Assembly: GCF_028641065.1 (NCBI RefSeq)
Contig: NC_073384.1
Coordinates: forward strand, 65,906,001-65,970,000
DNA from: Leucoraja erinacea
Lineage: Eukaryota
DNA length: 64,000 nucleotides
Direction of reading: 5' to 3'
Shown: positions 49,756 through 62,935 of the stretch, piece after piece
How positions within the stretch are numbered: the stretch's first letter is position 1
How the letters are laid out: each line of letters begins with the position of its first letter
The notes under the pieces: generated by a model
Seen by the model: only the letters and a program-made list of their open reading frames with translations
Database searches by the model: none
What the model was told of the DNA's origin: nothing
Position numbers and translations under genes: made by a program

Positions 49756-51464
49756 AATATATAAAACAGCCACATCAGAATTTGCAGTGTCGGCGTACAT
49801 GAATTTCTGTTTTGTGGAAGTCAATAGATTATGGGATTGGATGCACTCTATCCAAGGGGACAGGCCCTTCCACTTTCAAAGAGGACATTATTAAACTTCA
49901 TGAGACAATATCCCAAACAAACTGATGTTTAAACAGAACAATTAGAAAACATACAATTAGAATAAAACCTTGAGATTGAACACAAACAGCAGAGGTTACC
50001 AGGAAGTGACCAATGATCATGGATAATACCCTGCTTTGTGATTCTGTAAGGATTACTCTGTAGGAATTAAATGTCTTAACACAGAGAACTAGTAAAAATG
50101 TTCAAAATCTTCACATGGAGTTTCTGATGGTGAAATTAAACATTTAAAATAATGTAATTTGGTTGTTTTGAATACACAAGTATGAGTAATGTATTACAAA
50201 TGGTGAATCGCCTTAATAGCTTTGCATGAAAATGTTTATTTCTGATTGAAAACATTAAAGTTTCAGAAGTATTTGAGTGCACATTGCTTTTATAGATTTT
50301 TATCAGAAAAATGTCCCCTTTATTTCAAGTTGAATCTATTACCTCCTTTGTCTTAATGTGAATTTATGACTTATGTGAGTTATACTGCAAAACCTGAGCG
50401 TAAATACTTCCACTTTTATTAGCTTTTTATACACACTTTGTTATTAAAGGATTCGATTAGGAGACCGCAATTCTGTCAATATGCAAATATTTCGACTGTG
50501 GCTTTATGTGTAATTTTAGTTTTTATATGTTGATGTCTTCATGAATTTTTCCATTTGTTTATTTTGCACAAACCATAGGGGACATTTCATGTGCTGAATT
50601 GCCTCTTTAATTTTATTTTTGCAATATTCTTATTATTTATTTCATTAAATTAGATAATGCCTTTTCTTATTAACATAATTTCCAGTACATTAAACATATT
50701 TCTCCACAAATGTAAGGGAAGAATTAAATTAAATGACGGGTGTAGCAGTTTTAGCTATTACAAGCAATGTGGAGCAGTGTATTTTTTTCCCTCTCCTCTG
50801 TAGTCATGAGATGTGCTGTTTGTGAGAGAAATGAAATATTCACAAATAGACGCAAGAAAGAAATAATAAGATATATGGTGTAGGCACTGGAGTGATGGTG
50901 ATTTCACAACAATTGAAAGCAAAACAAAGAAATACACTGTGAAAGTTACCACAAAAAAAAATTGAATTAATCAAAGCCAAACCATAAACTCAATATGAAG
51001 ACGGGATTTCATACAGAAAATTGGGATCACAAGCTGCGCTGAAATTTATTCCATTAAAAATAAATTGCTTTGGAGATCTATGTGTTAAAATAGTGACAAA
51101 AAATAGTAATGAAATAAGACCAACCTTTTCCCTGGTTTTCCTAAATTTTTCATTTTTGATCTGGTATTCGCTTATAAAGCTGATATTTTTTCTATTTCAT
51201 TTTCTCTGTTGAAACATAATATAGAAACTGAATTTTCAAAAGCATGCCAGCCTTTATGATTTAAGTGCAATACTGCTGATATTTATCTCAGGCTATCATT
51301 CTTTCTAAGCAAGAGGCAGAGTGCATTTTATAGCATGCACCCTACATTTTTGTGTTTAGACGATCATCTTCAGGTTGGAAAAGAAGATTGGGGGACACAT
51401 TTGCTGCTGGCTCTTTTATATGTGATATACCCATGGAGACTGTTGGACATGCAACGTGACATGG

Positions 51465-51776
51465 GGTGGCACGGCTACACAGTGGTAGAGTTGCCTTACA
51501 GCACCAGAGACCCGGGTTTGTTCCTGACCATGGGTGCTGTCTGCACTGAGTTTGTACGTTCTCCCTGTGACCTGCATGGGTTTTCTCCGGGTGCTCTGGT
51601 TTCCTCCTGCACTCTAAAGACATACAGGATTGTAGGCTAATTGGCTTTGTATAATTGTAAATTGTTCCTAGTATGTGTAGGATAGTGCGAATGTGCAGGG
51701 ATCAATGGTCGGCGTAGACACAGTGGGCCAAAGGGCCTGTTTCCGCGCTGTATCTCTAAACTAAACTAAACTAAAC
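51465..51776 (+). mobile_element. V-SINE (HE1-like), full length
   Basis: tRNA head, V-domain, AAGGGCCTGTTTCCGCGCTGTATCT(CTAAA)n. Confidence 0.9.
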
Positions 51777-51894
51777 AAAACATCATGTATACAATTCCAC
51801 AGGACATACACACCATGCAAGACCATTGCAGTTAGTCTTAACTGGACTGCTGAAATCTGCTTTGATATTAGTTAAAGAACTCAACCATATCTTA

Positions 51895-53335
51895 GTATTG
51901 GTATTGGTAACTGTTTATTATTGTCTTGTGTACTGAGATACAATTACATTTTTGTATGCTATCCAGACAAACCATATCATATTAAATTCAATCAAGTCAT
52001 ACACAAGTTCAAGGTACAAGGTTCAAATTGTATTTGTCACATGCACCATAAGGTGCAGTGAAATTAATTTACCATGCAGCGTTACAATTAAAAAAGGACA
52101 CAATACACAACATAATTCAACACAGATATCCACCACATCATTCTTCACTGCGGTGGAAGGCAATACAGTTCACACAGTCCTCATCCTCCTCCCTTGTTCA
52201 CCCGTGGTTGGGGCCCTGACCTTCTGTAGTCGCCGCTACAGACGGCCCAATATTCAAGCCCTATGGTTGGGATGGGCGGAACGCTGGCGCCACAGAACAG
52301 GTCGAGCCCGGAGCTCTCAAATCGGAGACTGCGGCTTTCAGATGTTGTAGGCGGCAGGCCGGCGGCCGGAGCCCTTCTCCGGCGAACCCCGGCGAGGGAT
52401 CGCCAACTCCACGATGGAAGGGCCGCTGCACGCTTGCCGCCAGAAGCTCCTCAGACCGAGGCTCCAAGATGTTGTAGACCACAGGCCAGCGGTCGGAGCG
52501 CTTCTCCAGCGATCCCCTGCTCTGCGATGTTAAAATTCCCGCTGCAACGCCGTTGAAGCTCCGGGCTGCAAGGAGGTAGATTGGGAGATGAAGACTCCAA
52601 TCTTAGCTCATGAGAGATCTGTTTAGCAGGGAATAAGCTGTTTCTGAGTTGAGCTTTTAAATGTTTGCATCCACTGCCTGATGGGAGAAGAAAGAATACC
52701 CAGCGTGTAAGGGGTCTTTGATTATGTTGGCCACGTGTGCAAGAAAATGTGGGGTAGGTGCAGTCACCGGGAGGCAGCCTGGATTGTGTGATGGACTGGG
52801 CTACATTCACAATGCTCTACAATGTCTTGCAACCTTGGCAAAGCGGCATTTCGGCAAACCCAATTGTGTTGCATCCAGACAGGTTGCTTACTACGATGCA
52901 TCTGCAGAATATGGTAAGAATCGCTGAAGACACGCTGACTTTCTTTGTTACCCTGAGGAAGTCGAGGCGCTGGTGTTCTTCCTTGCTGTAGTGTCAATGT
53001 GATTGGATCAGGATAAATTATTGGTGATACTTTCGCCCAGGATCTCGAGACTCTCAACCATCTGCATCTCAGCATCATTGATACAGACTGCGGTGTAGTC
53101 CATGACTAGCTCCTGCACCTTGCTGACATTGAGGGAGAGTTAGCTGTCTTAACACCATGTTGCTATCTCCTTCCTGTACTCCGCCTCGTCATTGTTTGAA
53201 ATGCGGCCCACTATGATAGTGTCATCTGCAAAATTACAATAGGCCACACCATCGTGAGTGTATAGGGAGTATAGTAAGGGGCTGAGATGCAACCTTGTGT
53301 GGCACCAATGTTGAGAATTATCGGGGATACCACTG
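51895..53335 (-). mobile_element. Rex1/Babar LINE fragment with nested Rex1-type non-autonomous element (~52008-52570)
   Basis: LSPLLYSLYTHD..FADDTIIVGRISNNDE; two Rex1 tails. Confidence 0.8.
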
Positions 53336-53939
53336 GAAAGTAGCGCTACCACCGAACCATCTTAACCACACTCTATCTTCTGATATCCTCACATGACTGT
53401 ACTCTCTTCCACTAACGTCAACTCTATGTTTATCCACCACAATGATCTCCTTGACCACCCACTCCGCATCCTCCGCTCATGATGTTGTGTCCCATTCCTC
53501 ACATTGACCTCATCATTTGATCTTCTCCACAAATCACTTCTTCTGTGGTGTCCACACTGTGCAGAGGCTGGAGATCATGGAAGAAAAGCCTGTTTTTGCA
53601 ATGCATATCGGGAGATTTTGTGGCACGCTCTCTGCAGATTTCGGCAAGGTTGGGCCAGATGGAAGTACGTAACACTCCCTGCATTTACTACAGCCGCATC
53701 ACTTCACGCTGCAGTTGCCACTTTCCCTCGTCTGATGACACAGAGCTGGTGAGCAACATTTGTGTAAAAGTGGATTAACATGGAATACAATTAGAGCACG
53801 CAATCAGTTTCAAGAAGTATTAAATTTATCAAAACTGAACTATTTGTCAGCATCGCCAAATTCATTCTCAATTATTCTCACATCCGTGCTTTATCCCTTT
53901 CCATAGAGTGGGCACCTGGGCAATTATTTTGCTCCCTAA

Positions 53940-54176
53940 AGGGCCTGTCCCACAGGCGATTTTTTAGACGACTACAGGCAACTGCCAAAAAATGTTCAAC
54001 ATGCTAAATATTTTTCGCCGACTGTGGCGAGAATTTGGGCTGTCGAAGGTTTATCGTAGGTTGTCGTAGGTTGTCGCCAGGATAACGTAGGTTGTTGCCG
54101 GTGCTGACTTCGGTGAATTCCATTGTCCTAGTCGCGGGCAGTCACCTAAAAAAATCACCTGAGTGGGACAGGTCCA
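53940..54176. mobile_element. Harbinger-like MITE, family C
   Basis: TIRs present; TAA/TTA flanks. Confidence 0.8.
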
Positions 54177-54837
54177 TTATAGGCTGCAGGGTGAATGCCC
54201 AGTATCTGAACACAAAGAGATCTTAGCTCACAATTGTGTCTAATGCTGATGTAATGGTATTGTGAAACGGAGTGACAATGACTCTTCAGCCACTGCCTGA
54301 TCGGGTTTCTGCTCTTTGCTTTCTGAGGGAGGTGGAAGGGTGGAGGAGGAGATCATATTAATTTTTAAGAGCGGGCCATTTCCCACACATAGAATTAAGC
54401 TGTGCCGAAGCATTCATCAACTTCCATGTAATTGCCGCAGATGGGATCTGGCATGGGTTTCAAGAAGACTATGGCAATGGGAAATTTTGTGTGCCTTGTA
54501 GGATATACAGAAATATTTCTTCTCCTGAACATAAGTTTTAGATGGAGCAACAAACCTTCTTTGCTTCCGGCTTGAAAGAAATCACGGCAGCTTTCATGTG
54601 CACTTTTATTATGAAATGAAAGACATCTTTTTCCTTATTTTTCTACAATATATTGACTTGTATGAGTACTATTGACAATGAAAGAGTAAGCCCAATGGCA
54701 CCTTGACAATCACACACAAGCTGAGTTGTTCTGCAACACAGGAATTTCCCTGCAGAACCAGACTCAGGAGCTGAGGGAATCACCGCTGAAACACTGTCTC
54801 TCCAGGAAGATTTAATAAGTTTATGTAGACAGCTTAA

Positions 54838-55204
54838 TGCCCCTGTCCCACTATGCGATTTCACCCAAGAGCTCTCCCGAGTTAAAAAAAAATCAAGCTT
54901 GTGGTATGTACGTAGCGGGTACGTAGGACCTCATGGATGTCCCCTAGCGGCTCGTAATGCTAACGGCAGGTACTCGGGAATCGCGGTAACTCGCAAAGTT
55001 TTTTCAATACTGTGAAAAATGTCCAAGAGTTTCCTGAGTACCTGCCGTTAGTTACCATGTTTCCCGAGTACCTGCCGTTCGCATTACGAGCCGCTACGGG
55101 ACATCCACGAGGTCCTACGTACCCGCTACGTACATACCATGAGTTTGATTTTTTTTTAAACTCGGGAGAGCTCTTGGGTGAACTGGCATCGTGGGACAGG
55201 GGCT
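54838..55204. mobile_element. Harbinger-like MITE, family B
   Basis: TIRs present; TAA TSD; long internal inverted repeat. Confidence 0.85.
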
Positions 55205-55239
55205 TAAGCATGCAGAACAAAACAAGGATCAAGAGTATA

Positions 55240-56066
55240 ATGCAGTATAATGTGGATAAATGTGAGGTTATCCATTTTGGTGGCAAAAACAGGAAAGCAG
55301 ACTATTATCTAAATGGTGGCTGATTGGGAAAGGGGGAGATGCAGCGAGACCTGGGTGTCATGGTACACCAGTCATTGAAGGTAGGCATGCAGGTGCAGCA
55401 GGCAGTAAAGAAAGCGAATGGTATGTTAGCTTTCATTGCAAAAGGATTTGAGTATAGGAGCAGATAGGTTCTACTGCAGTTGTACAGGGTCTTGGTGAGA
55501 CCACACCTGGAGTATTGCGTACAGTTTTGGTCTCCAAATCTGAGGAAGGACATTATTGCCATAGAGGGAGTGCAGAGACGGTTCACCAGACTGATTCCTG
55601 GGATGTCAGGACTGTCTTATGAAGAAAGACTGGATAGACTTGGTTTATACTCTCTAGAATTTAGAAGATTGAGAGGGGATCTTATAGAAACTTACAAAAT
55701 TCTTAAGGGGTTGGACAGGCTAGATGCAGGTAGATTGTTCCCGATGTTGGGGAAGTCCAGGACAAGGGGTCACAGCTTAAGGATAAAGGGGAAATCCTTT
55801 AAAACCGAGATGAGAAGAACTTTTTTCACGCAGAGAGTGGTGAATCTCTGGAACTCTCTGCCACAGAGGGTAGTTGAGGCCAGTTCATTGGCTATATTTA
55901 AGAGGGAGTTAGATGTGGCCCTTGTGGCTAAGGGGATCAGGGGGTATGGAGAGAAGGCAGGTACGGAATACTGAGTTGGATGATCAGCCATGATCATATT
56001 GAATGGCGGTGCAGGCTCGAAGGGCTGAATGGCCTACTCCTGCACCTAATTTCTATGTTTCTATGT
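55240..56066 (+). mobile_element. CR1 LINE 3' portion, young
   Basis: 164-aa ORF VRPHLEYCVQFWSP..FFTQRVVNLWNSLP; TTCTATGT tail. Confidence 0.95.
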
Positions 56067-56730
56067 TCCTAAGAGTAACTTATGTGACTCTCCGAGCCTT
56101 CCCAACATTCAATAAGGTCATGGTTGATTTGACTCCTTACTTTTTTAACCAATGTGTTTTTGAAATGTTTAATGGGTAGATTGGTGTGTGCCCATACATA
56201 CACAAACCTTTATTGGGATGACTTTTCAGTGAGGAACTTTAAACCCCACCAACTTTGATGCCATCTGCCTACAGTTTTTTAGTGGACCCTGTGGTGTTGC
56301 CTTCCCTTTGTTCAACCTGATTTCCAGGTCCAGTCTTTCTGAAGGGAATTTAAGGCATCAGTGATATAGCTGCTGAATAGCTAACTGGATTGAAAAAAAA
56401 ATCAGTTAACAAAGCTGGAAGCAAAAAGTATTATTTTTTACAATGTTTTTGGTATTTTATAGAAAGGGAAGTAAAGATTGAGTTATAGGCATGATTGAAA
56501 TGGAAAATGAAACATCAAATTTTAAAACAAATAATTATTACTAACCCTGTGGAATTTACAAATATAATGTTGAAGAAATGACACATAAAATTAGTTTTGC
56601 AGATTCAGAGGTTGTTCATTTGCTGTTGCGTATACCTATAAATTCTATAACAATGCAATCTATTGAGGAGGAAGGTATCACAAATGACAACTTCTGGATT
56701 TCCTACTTTCAAATAAATACAGTAGTTGCA

Positions 56731-56946
56731 GGAACTCTCTGCCACAGAAGGTAGTTGAGGCCAGTTCATTGGCTATATTTAAGAGGGAGTTAGATGTGGC
56801 CCTTGTGGCTAAAGGGCTCAGGGGGTATGGAGAGAAGGCAGGTACGGGTTACTGAGTTGGATGATCAGCCATGACCAAATTGAATGGCGGTGCAGGCTCG
56901 AAGGGCAGAATAGCCTACTCCTGCACCTATTTTCTATGTTTCTATG
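56731..56946 (+). mobile_element. CR1 3' end
   Basis: Near-identical to 55851-56066. Confidence 0.9.
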
Positions 56947-57043
56947 TAACCAGAAGTTCCTGTCAGTTTTACACAGTAATCGAGCAGTTTTTGAGACACT
57001 TTGTTGTCATTATAACTGCACAACTAACCCTATATTTAATAGA

Positions 57044-57231
57044 AGATAGACACAAAATGCTGGACAGGCAGCATCTCTGGATAGAAGGAATGGATGACGT
57101 TTCGGGTCGAGACCCTATCTTCAGAGGGTTGCCCATTCCTTCTCTCCAGAGATGCTGCCTGTCCCGTTGAGTTACTCCAGCATTTTGTGTCTATGTTCGG
57201 TGTAAACCAGCATCTGCAGTTACTTTCTATA
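57044..57231. mobile_element. PLE fold-back
   Basis: 14-bp TSD CTATATTTAATAGA (57030-57043, 57232-57245). Confidence 0.85.
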
Positions 57232-57790
57232 CTATATTTAATAGATATTTTTTGCAAAGCACTTCAGTCTCCAAATTAAAACTCTCTAGTCCTGCATGCC
57301 TCTGTCTTTAATGTTTGAATATTTTTAAATTGCTTCCTGAAATACCATTACTGTTTGCTTTAATTTCTTTTATATTCCTTTTTAACTTTATAGGCATCAC
57401 CTAATTAAAACAATTCTTTATGATCTGTTGTTTGTGTTTTAGATCTTAAAAGAAAGTTTAAATTTTCTAATTTTTCTGCAGACTATTTTCTGAATCTTCA
57501 GCAGTGCACTTATTTTTTTAATCTTCCTCATGTTTCCTGAGTCGGATCCGGTCTCATATATGCTAGCTTATGAATCAATTCATTTGGAATGTATCTTTGA
57601 CTTTCTGTCATCCAGTCCCTTTAACCCTGATTTTAAATTGCCTGTTACTGCTCTCAAACTGAACCCAGGGACATCAGCATGGCTGCTTCCCAAATTTTTT
57701 TTTTCTTTTCGCATTGGTTTTGTCTCACTTCATTTTCAGGAACTATATCATGGAATGCTTCTTTCGTTGTTAGATTTGGTAACTAGTATG

Positions 57791-57882
57791 ATGAAGAAGA
57801 GTCTCCACCCGAAACGTCACCCATTCCTTCTCTCCAGAGATGCTGCCAGTCCCGCTGAATTACTCCAGCATTTTGTGTCTAT
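57791..57882 (+). mobile_element. PLE pLTR fragment starting at the hammerhead core
   Basis: TGAAGAAGAGTCTCCACCCGAAACGTCACC. Confidence 0.75.
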
Positions 57883-58009
57883 TGTAAGTAGCATGATGTT
57901 GCATTTGAAAAAAAGAAAATGTAATCTCCTTAGATTCAATAATATTTCTGTGGCCACTCTCACCTCTGAGTTGATGAATTTCTTCCCTACTCCATAGACG
58001 TGCACACAG

Positions 58010-58220
58010 TGTGACATTTTAGTGCAGCATTAAAGAAGTGTGGTGCTCGTGGCAGTACCATCTTTCCAATGAGACATTAAGCTATGGCCATGGCTGCTGA
58101 ATAAAATTTGCTGCCATGATTCACTGCATTACAGCACAGTTCAAAAATAAGTCTCTGGCTTTGAAGCACTAAAGTGACATTCAGATGATATAAGATAATG
58201 CTACATAAATACAGTTTCTG
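58010..58220 (+). mobile_element. DeuSINE-like relic
   Basis: AGTGCAGCAT..TCTTTCCAATGAGACATTAA..AAATTTGCTGCC..CATTACAGCA. Confidence 0.5.
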
Positions 58221-59561
58221 TCCCTTTTTTGTCTCCAAGGATTTGTTTCTGGAAGGTTAGGAGTATTGGGGAAATTTGTTGGGCCCTGCTGTGCTCTTCC
58301 CATGAAACAATTCTAAATACACAATCCGTTAAATATTTGTAATTTTGCCTCGACTATACAGTCGAGCCAGTGGATTCAGCCCAATATTTTTGCATTTCAA
58401 AATAATTTAAACTGTTCTTGTTGTAATCTATTTATAGACCAACCCTGATGTGTAAGAAGAATTGCCAATTCCAACTGTCATATAGATCTTTCTATGCTTT
58501 TGGTTTGATCTGCATGGGAAACTATGTAAATATTCATCATTAATACATAATTACTGCTGCTTTTGGCACAGTGTTTTTAATTTAATTTGGCTAGAATGTC
58601 CAGCAAATGAAGTGACACGAGCTACAGTGGCTGAAAATGTGATTACATATTTTCAATCATTATTAAATGAAGGCAGCTCAAGGCGAAGCTTTAACCCCCA
58701 GTATGTTTTCTGTGTGATAAAAAGAGAAGGTGCTATCAATCTTTATTGTCTGTCTAGCTTACTGTAATTGCATTGAATAGTCCACTGATTCTGTTGTCTG
58801 TGCTAATGTCATGAACAGTGAAAAGCCAGCTGCTCAGGCTTAATCATATGCATGCAGTGGCCAGTTTGAAGATCTGACTGCAAGTCTTGCAGTTGATGAT
58901 AAATTGTTGATGCTATAGATTGTGAACAGCTCAACATTGTAATTGTATATAAAATGAGATTCTTACCTTGTTTGATATCTACTGGTATGATGTCAGCTAA
59001 AGGGCATGTCATGTATTATACAAATGCATCTAGTTCTGGAACTGTTCCAACGGTTCACTGTATTCTTTTTAAATGGTTAGAAAAGCTGACGGCTCTGAAC
59101 ATGACAGCAATGCTCTTATGGTTATAGGGAAGTGATTGCAAAATGCATTTACAGCAACTATCAATATTTGTTTCAACGGCTAGACATTTTTTGACAGATT
59201 TTGAATATATGCACAAATGTCTTTACATATTTTGCTTAAAAAAAATTGGCACACAATCTTTATTCTATTCACAAGTTTACACAATTCTTAAGCATAGTTC
59301 CAAATTATATAACATAAGCATTTGTATATAAGAGCAGAGAAAATGCAAACTGTGTATATTTTACATAATGAGGGTAACTTAAAATATGGATTAACATCCA
59401 TAATAGCAAGAAACCAATTATTCAAATTTACTCCAAATATAGTATCTAGAGAGCTATAGTGTACATGACCTCAATTTCAATTATAGAATAATGGGACAGA
59501 GCCACACATGTGGATTTGTAATGTCATTGAGATTTAGTGTATCCCAAACATAGCATACAGT

Positions 59562-59640
59562 ATGTGTGTGTGTGTGTGTCCACGTGTGCCTTTGTGTGTG
59601 TGTCTGTGGAGGCGTGTGTGTCTGCGTGTGCATGTGTGCT
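59562..59640 (+). repeat. (TG)n-like microsatellite
   Basis: Imperfect TG run. Confidence 0.9.
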
Positions 59641-60241
59641 TGCGTTAGGGTTCTCAACATCGCTGGAAGTGAAAGAGAAGAAATAAAATATTACAGAGGG
59701 TCCTCTGGTTATCCTTGCCTGAAATTTGATCATTACACTCCAAAGACAATCCCCAAGGCCAATAAGAACTTTTGATTAATTTTCAAAATGCTTTTTGATC
59801 GCATTTTAATCTCAGAGGCAAACACCTTTTTGGAAATTGGACATATTTCCTCGCTAACCATTCTCAGTGACCGAACTCCTTCACTGAGTAGATGACAATC
59901 CTTTGTGTTCAAGCCGACATGCCTGTTTCTAATCAGAATAAAGTTTGGGAGGAAAGCCAAGGCAGTAATGTACTTTGAGTTGCCATTCTCTTTAAACGCA
60001 GCACTTCAAATCAAATCTGATGTTCTAATGGGTGACAGCAAGATACCTATTAGCACAGACTGGTCTCCATAGATAGGTTCTATATGGCGTGAGGCCAGGC
60101 TCTATCATCAGGTGGGCTAAGGGTCTAGAAACAGGTAGTCCCAGGTTCTGGCATCAAGTTCAGGCATTGAGTGAGTCTTGCTCCATGCATTGGGTGAGCA
60201 AGGGCCTGTAGGTTGGGTGGACAGCAGGTAAAGCCTAATAA

Positions 60242-60469
60242 TGCCCCTGTCCCACTTAGGAAACCTGAACGGAAACCTCTGGAGACTTTGTGCCCCACCC
60301 AAGGTTTCCGTGCGGTTCCCGGAGGTTGCAGGTGGTTGCCGGAGGTTGCAGATAGTGGAAGCAGGTAGGGAGACTGACAAAAAAAGCTCCGGGAACCGCA
60401 CGGAAACCTTGGGTGGGGCACAAAGTCTCCAGAGGTTTCCGTTCAGGTTTCCTAAGTGGGACAGGGGCA
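60242..60469. mobile_element. Harbinger-like MITE family D with 83-bp perfect TIRs
   Basis: 60242-60324 is the exact reverse complement of 60387-60469; TAA/TTA flanks. Confidence 0.9.
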
Positions 60470-60694
60470 TTAGTTTTGCACCTTAGTTCTCGGGCTTAAT
60501 TGGTAGATGGACATTTCTTTTTAGAGATGCAGTTGTCCTGATGATTTCTGACCTACACCTACAGAATAGTTTTCCGTTTGACAGGAGATGTCCTGGACAG
60601 GGTGTGTGTATGTGCATGTGTCACAGAGGGCGAGAGAGAACCCTGTTCTATTGATCCAGGCCCAGACCCACACATACATCCTTCAAGAACCGCC

Positions 60695-61352
60695 TTAGAC
60701 TTAGATTCGTTTATTGTCATTCAGACCTTCTGGCCAGAACGAAATGTTATTTCCCTGCAGTCATACATATAATTTTTTTTTAAATGACAAAAACACACAA
60801 TCAACACAAATTTAACATCCACCACAGTGAGTTCACCAAACACCTCCTCACTGTGGTGGAAGGCAAAACTTAAAGTCTCTGTCTCTTCCTCTTTGTTCTC
60901 CCTCTGCGCCGAGGCGACGGTTCGAACACCGCGGGTGGTCGCTGCAGTCGCCACGGCTCCAGGGCCGAGTCGGGTCTGCGGACTGCTACCACCGCCGTCA
61001 AAGCTCCAGGGCCGAGTCGGGTCTCCGGACTGCTACCACCGCCGCCGCCGCCGTCACAGCTCCAGGGCCGAGTTGGGTCTTCTCCACGGCCGCTGTCGCT
61101 GCTCCACCATTAGGCCTCGGCGCAGATTGAGACGGGGAATACAACCAAGGAAAAAGTCACATACCCCGAAGGAAGCGACCAGAGCAGGTTACTCCCACCC
61201 CACCCACACACGTACACAGCTTAATAAAACAAAATTAACTAAAACATGACAAGAAACAAAAGAAAGAAAAAAAAAAAATACAGACGGACTGCAGGTGGGC
61301 CGCAGCAGTTAAGCCAGCGCCGCCATCTTACGGCCAGCGCCGCCATCTTACG
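60695..61352 (-). mobile_element. Full-length-looking Rex1-type non-autonomous element
   Basis: 5' AAGATGGCGGCG (YY1-like) duplicated; internal ~45-bp tandem repeats; tail CATTTCGTT..ATGACAATAAAC..(TCTAAG)n. Confidence 0.7.
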
Positions 61353-61565
61353 CCTGTGACCTGATGGATTGATGGCTCTACATTTGGGATATATACAGGA
61401 ATTATAAATGGCCTATTTTATTCCACTGAGTCTAATAGCTTACTGGTTCTAAATGATAAGACAGATGATTAGAAATTAGCATTTCCAAAACAGGGAGTGA
61501 AAAGATGCAACCCACTATGAAAGTGTCCCAAAAACGTATGCGTAGAAGACAAAATGAATATAGGA

Positions 61566-61743
61566 TAGACACGAAAAGCTGGAGTAACTCAGCGGGTCAG
61601 GCAGTATCTCTGGAGAAAAGGAATAGGCTCCACCCAAAACGTCACCTATTCCTTTTCTCCAGAGATGCTGCCTGACCCGCTGAGCTACTCCAGCTTTTTG
61701 TGTCTATCTTCGGTTTAAATCAGCATCTGCAGTTCTTTCCCAC
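61566..61743. mobile_element. PLE fold-back with hammerhead centre deleted
   Basis: 17-bp TSD ACAAAATGAAYAYAGGA (61549-61565, 61744-61760). Confidence 0.85.
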
Positions 61744-62385
61744 ACAAAATGAACACAGGACTGGAAATTGCAGTATATAAGCTGCACATGGAAATAGAAT
61801 TATTCCCAGGTGCCAGGCATGATCAAAGCATAAGGGTAGATTAAGAGAGTTAGAAAATTAAAAATGAATATAACCTGAAGGGAAATTGTGTTCTAAACTC
61901 TCAGGCAGGAAGTCAGGGATTGAATAAGCTGTCAATTTAGAGCCCAGAAAATGTAATATTTTGCTGACTTTAAATTAACCCTCGCCCCTCCCACACTTAT
62001 ATTGTGATGCAGAAAATGTAGAGTTCTTATTATAATGATCGTGGCCTGGAAATAGGGTCTCATCCACATTTGCTGTGTTAAACCATCTTTCAGCTTAATG
62101 CTGGTGCCCAATTCTTTCCTTCAAAAAAAAATGCAATGAGACAAGCAGACATAGGAAATAATGCTGGGACGCTTTATGCCCTGAAAAATGTGCTGAATAT
62201 GGACCGTGACATTTCCTCAGCAAAACGCAGAATACTGGAGAAACTCACCAGGTCAGGCATCATCTGTGGATGGGTTGAACAGGTGACGTAGCGGGTCGGG
62301 ACCCATCTTTAGACTCGAGCTAGCCCAGGCACTCCATGCAGTATCCTCAATGTGCAGGAATGTGGCAGAAAGGCAGGTGGACTTA

Positions 62386-62935
62386 AGGGGCTGTCCCACT
62401 TGGGCGATCTAATCCGCGAATTCTGGCGAGTTTGCCTTCGGCTCATACTCGCAGCATGGTCGACACGAGGTCGTAGGAGGTCTTTGTAACTCTCCTTCGT
62501 GCTCGAGAGTAGTCCCCGTGAACTCGAGGCCTCAGCTAGGTCGCGGCGTATTTTTCAACAAGTTGAAAAATGCCCGCGAGTAAAAGAAGGTCGCCATGGA
62601 AAAAAATCGATATTTTTTTTACTCGTAGGTTTAGTCGAAGTAGGTCCTAGTAGGTCATCATATTAATCATAGGTAATGGAGCGTAGTCGAAGGTAGTCAA
62701 AGGTAGTTGTAGATAGTCTTCATCATAGTCGAAGGGAGGTCGAAGGAGATCGAAGGAGGTCGTCTTCACTCTCCACTATTCGGTGTCCAATTTTCCCGTA
62801 GTTAGTCATAGCTAGTCGTAGCTCGTCGAAGCTCATCTTCTACATAGTCGAAGGAGGTCTTCAACATGACATTTTTGCAAACTCTCCTAAACTCTTCTAA
62901 ACTCGCCAATTAGGTCGCCAAAGTGGGACAGCCCT
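62386..62935. mobile_element. Harbinger-like MITE family A (inverted relative to 14452)
   Basis: TIRs present; TTA TSD. Confidence 0.9.

Noticed and set aside
55851-56946. Two near-identical ~215-bp segments as a local segmental duplication
   Set aside because: Both are 3' ends of the same young CR1 subfamily with unrelated flanks
57530-57997. 155-aa ORF and recurrent HPFLLSRDAA peptides
   Set aside because: The recurrent peptide is a translation of the non-coding PLE pLTR repeat
60242-60469. Long hairpins (MITE arms, PLE fold-backs) as miRNA precursors
   Set aside because: Explained by TIR or pLTR structure; no recognisable miRNA
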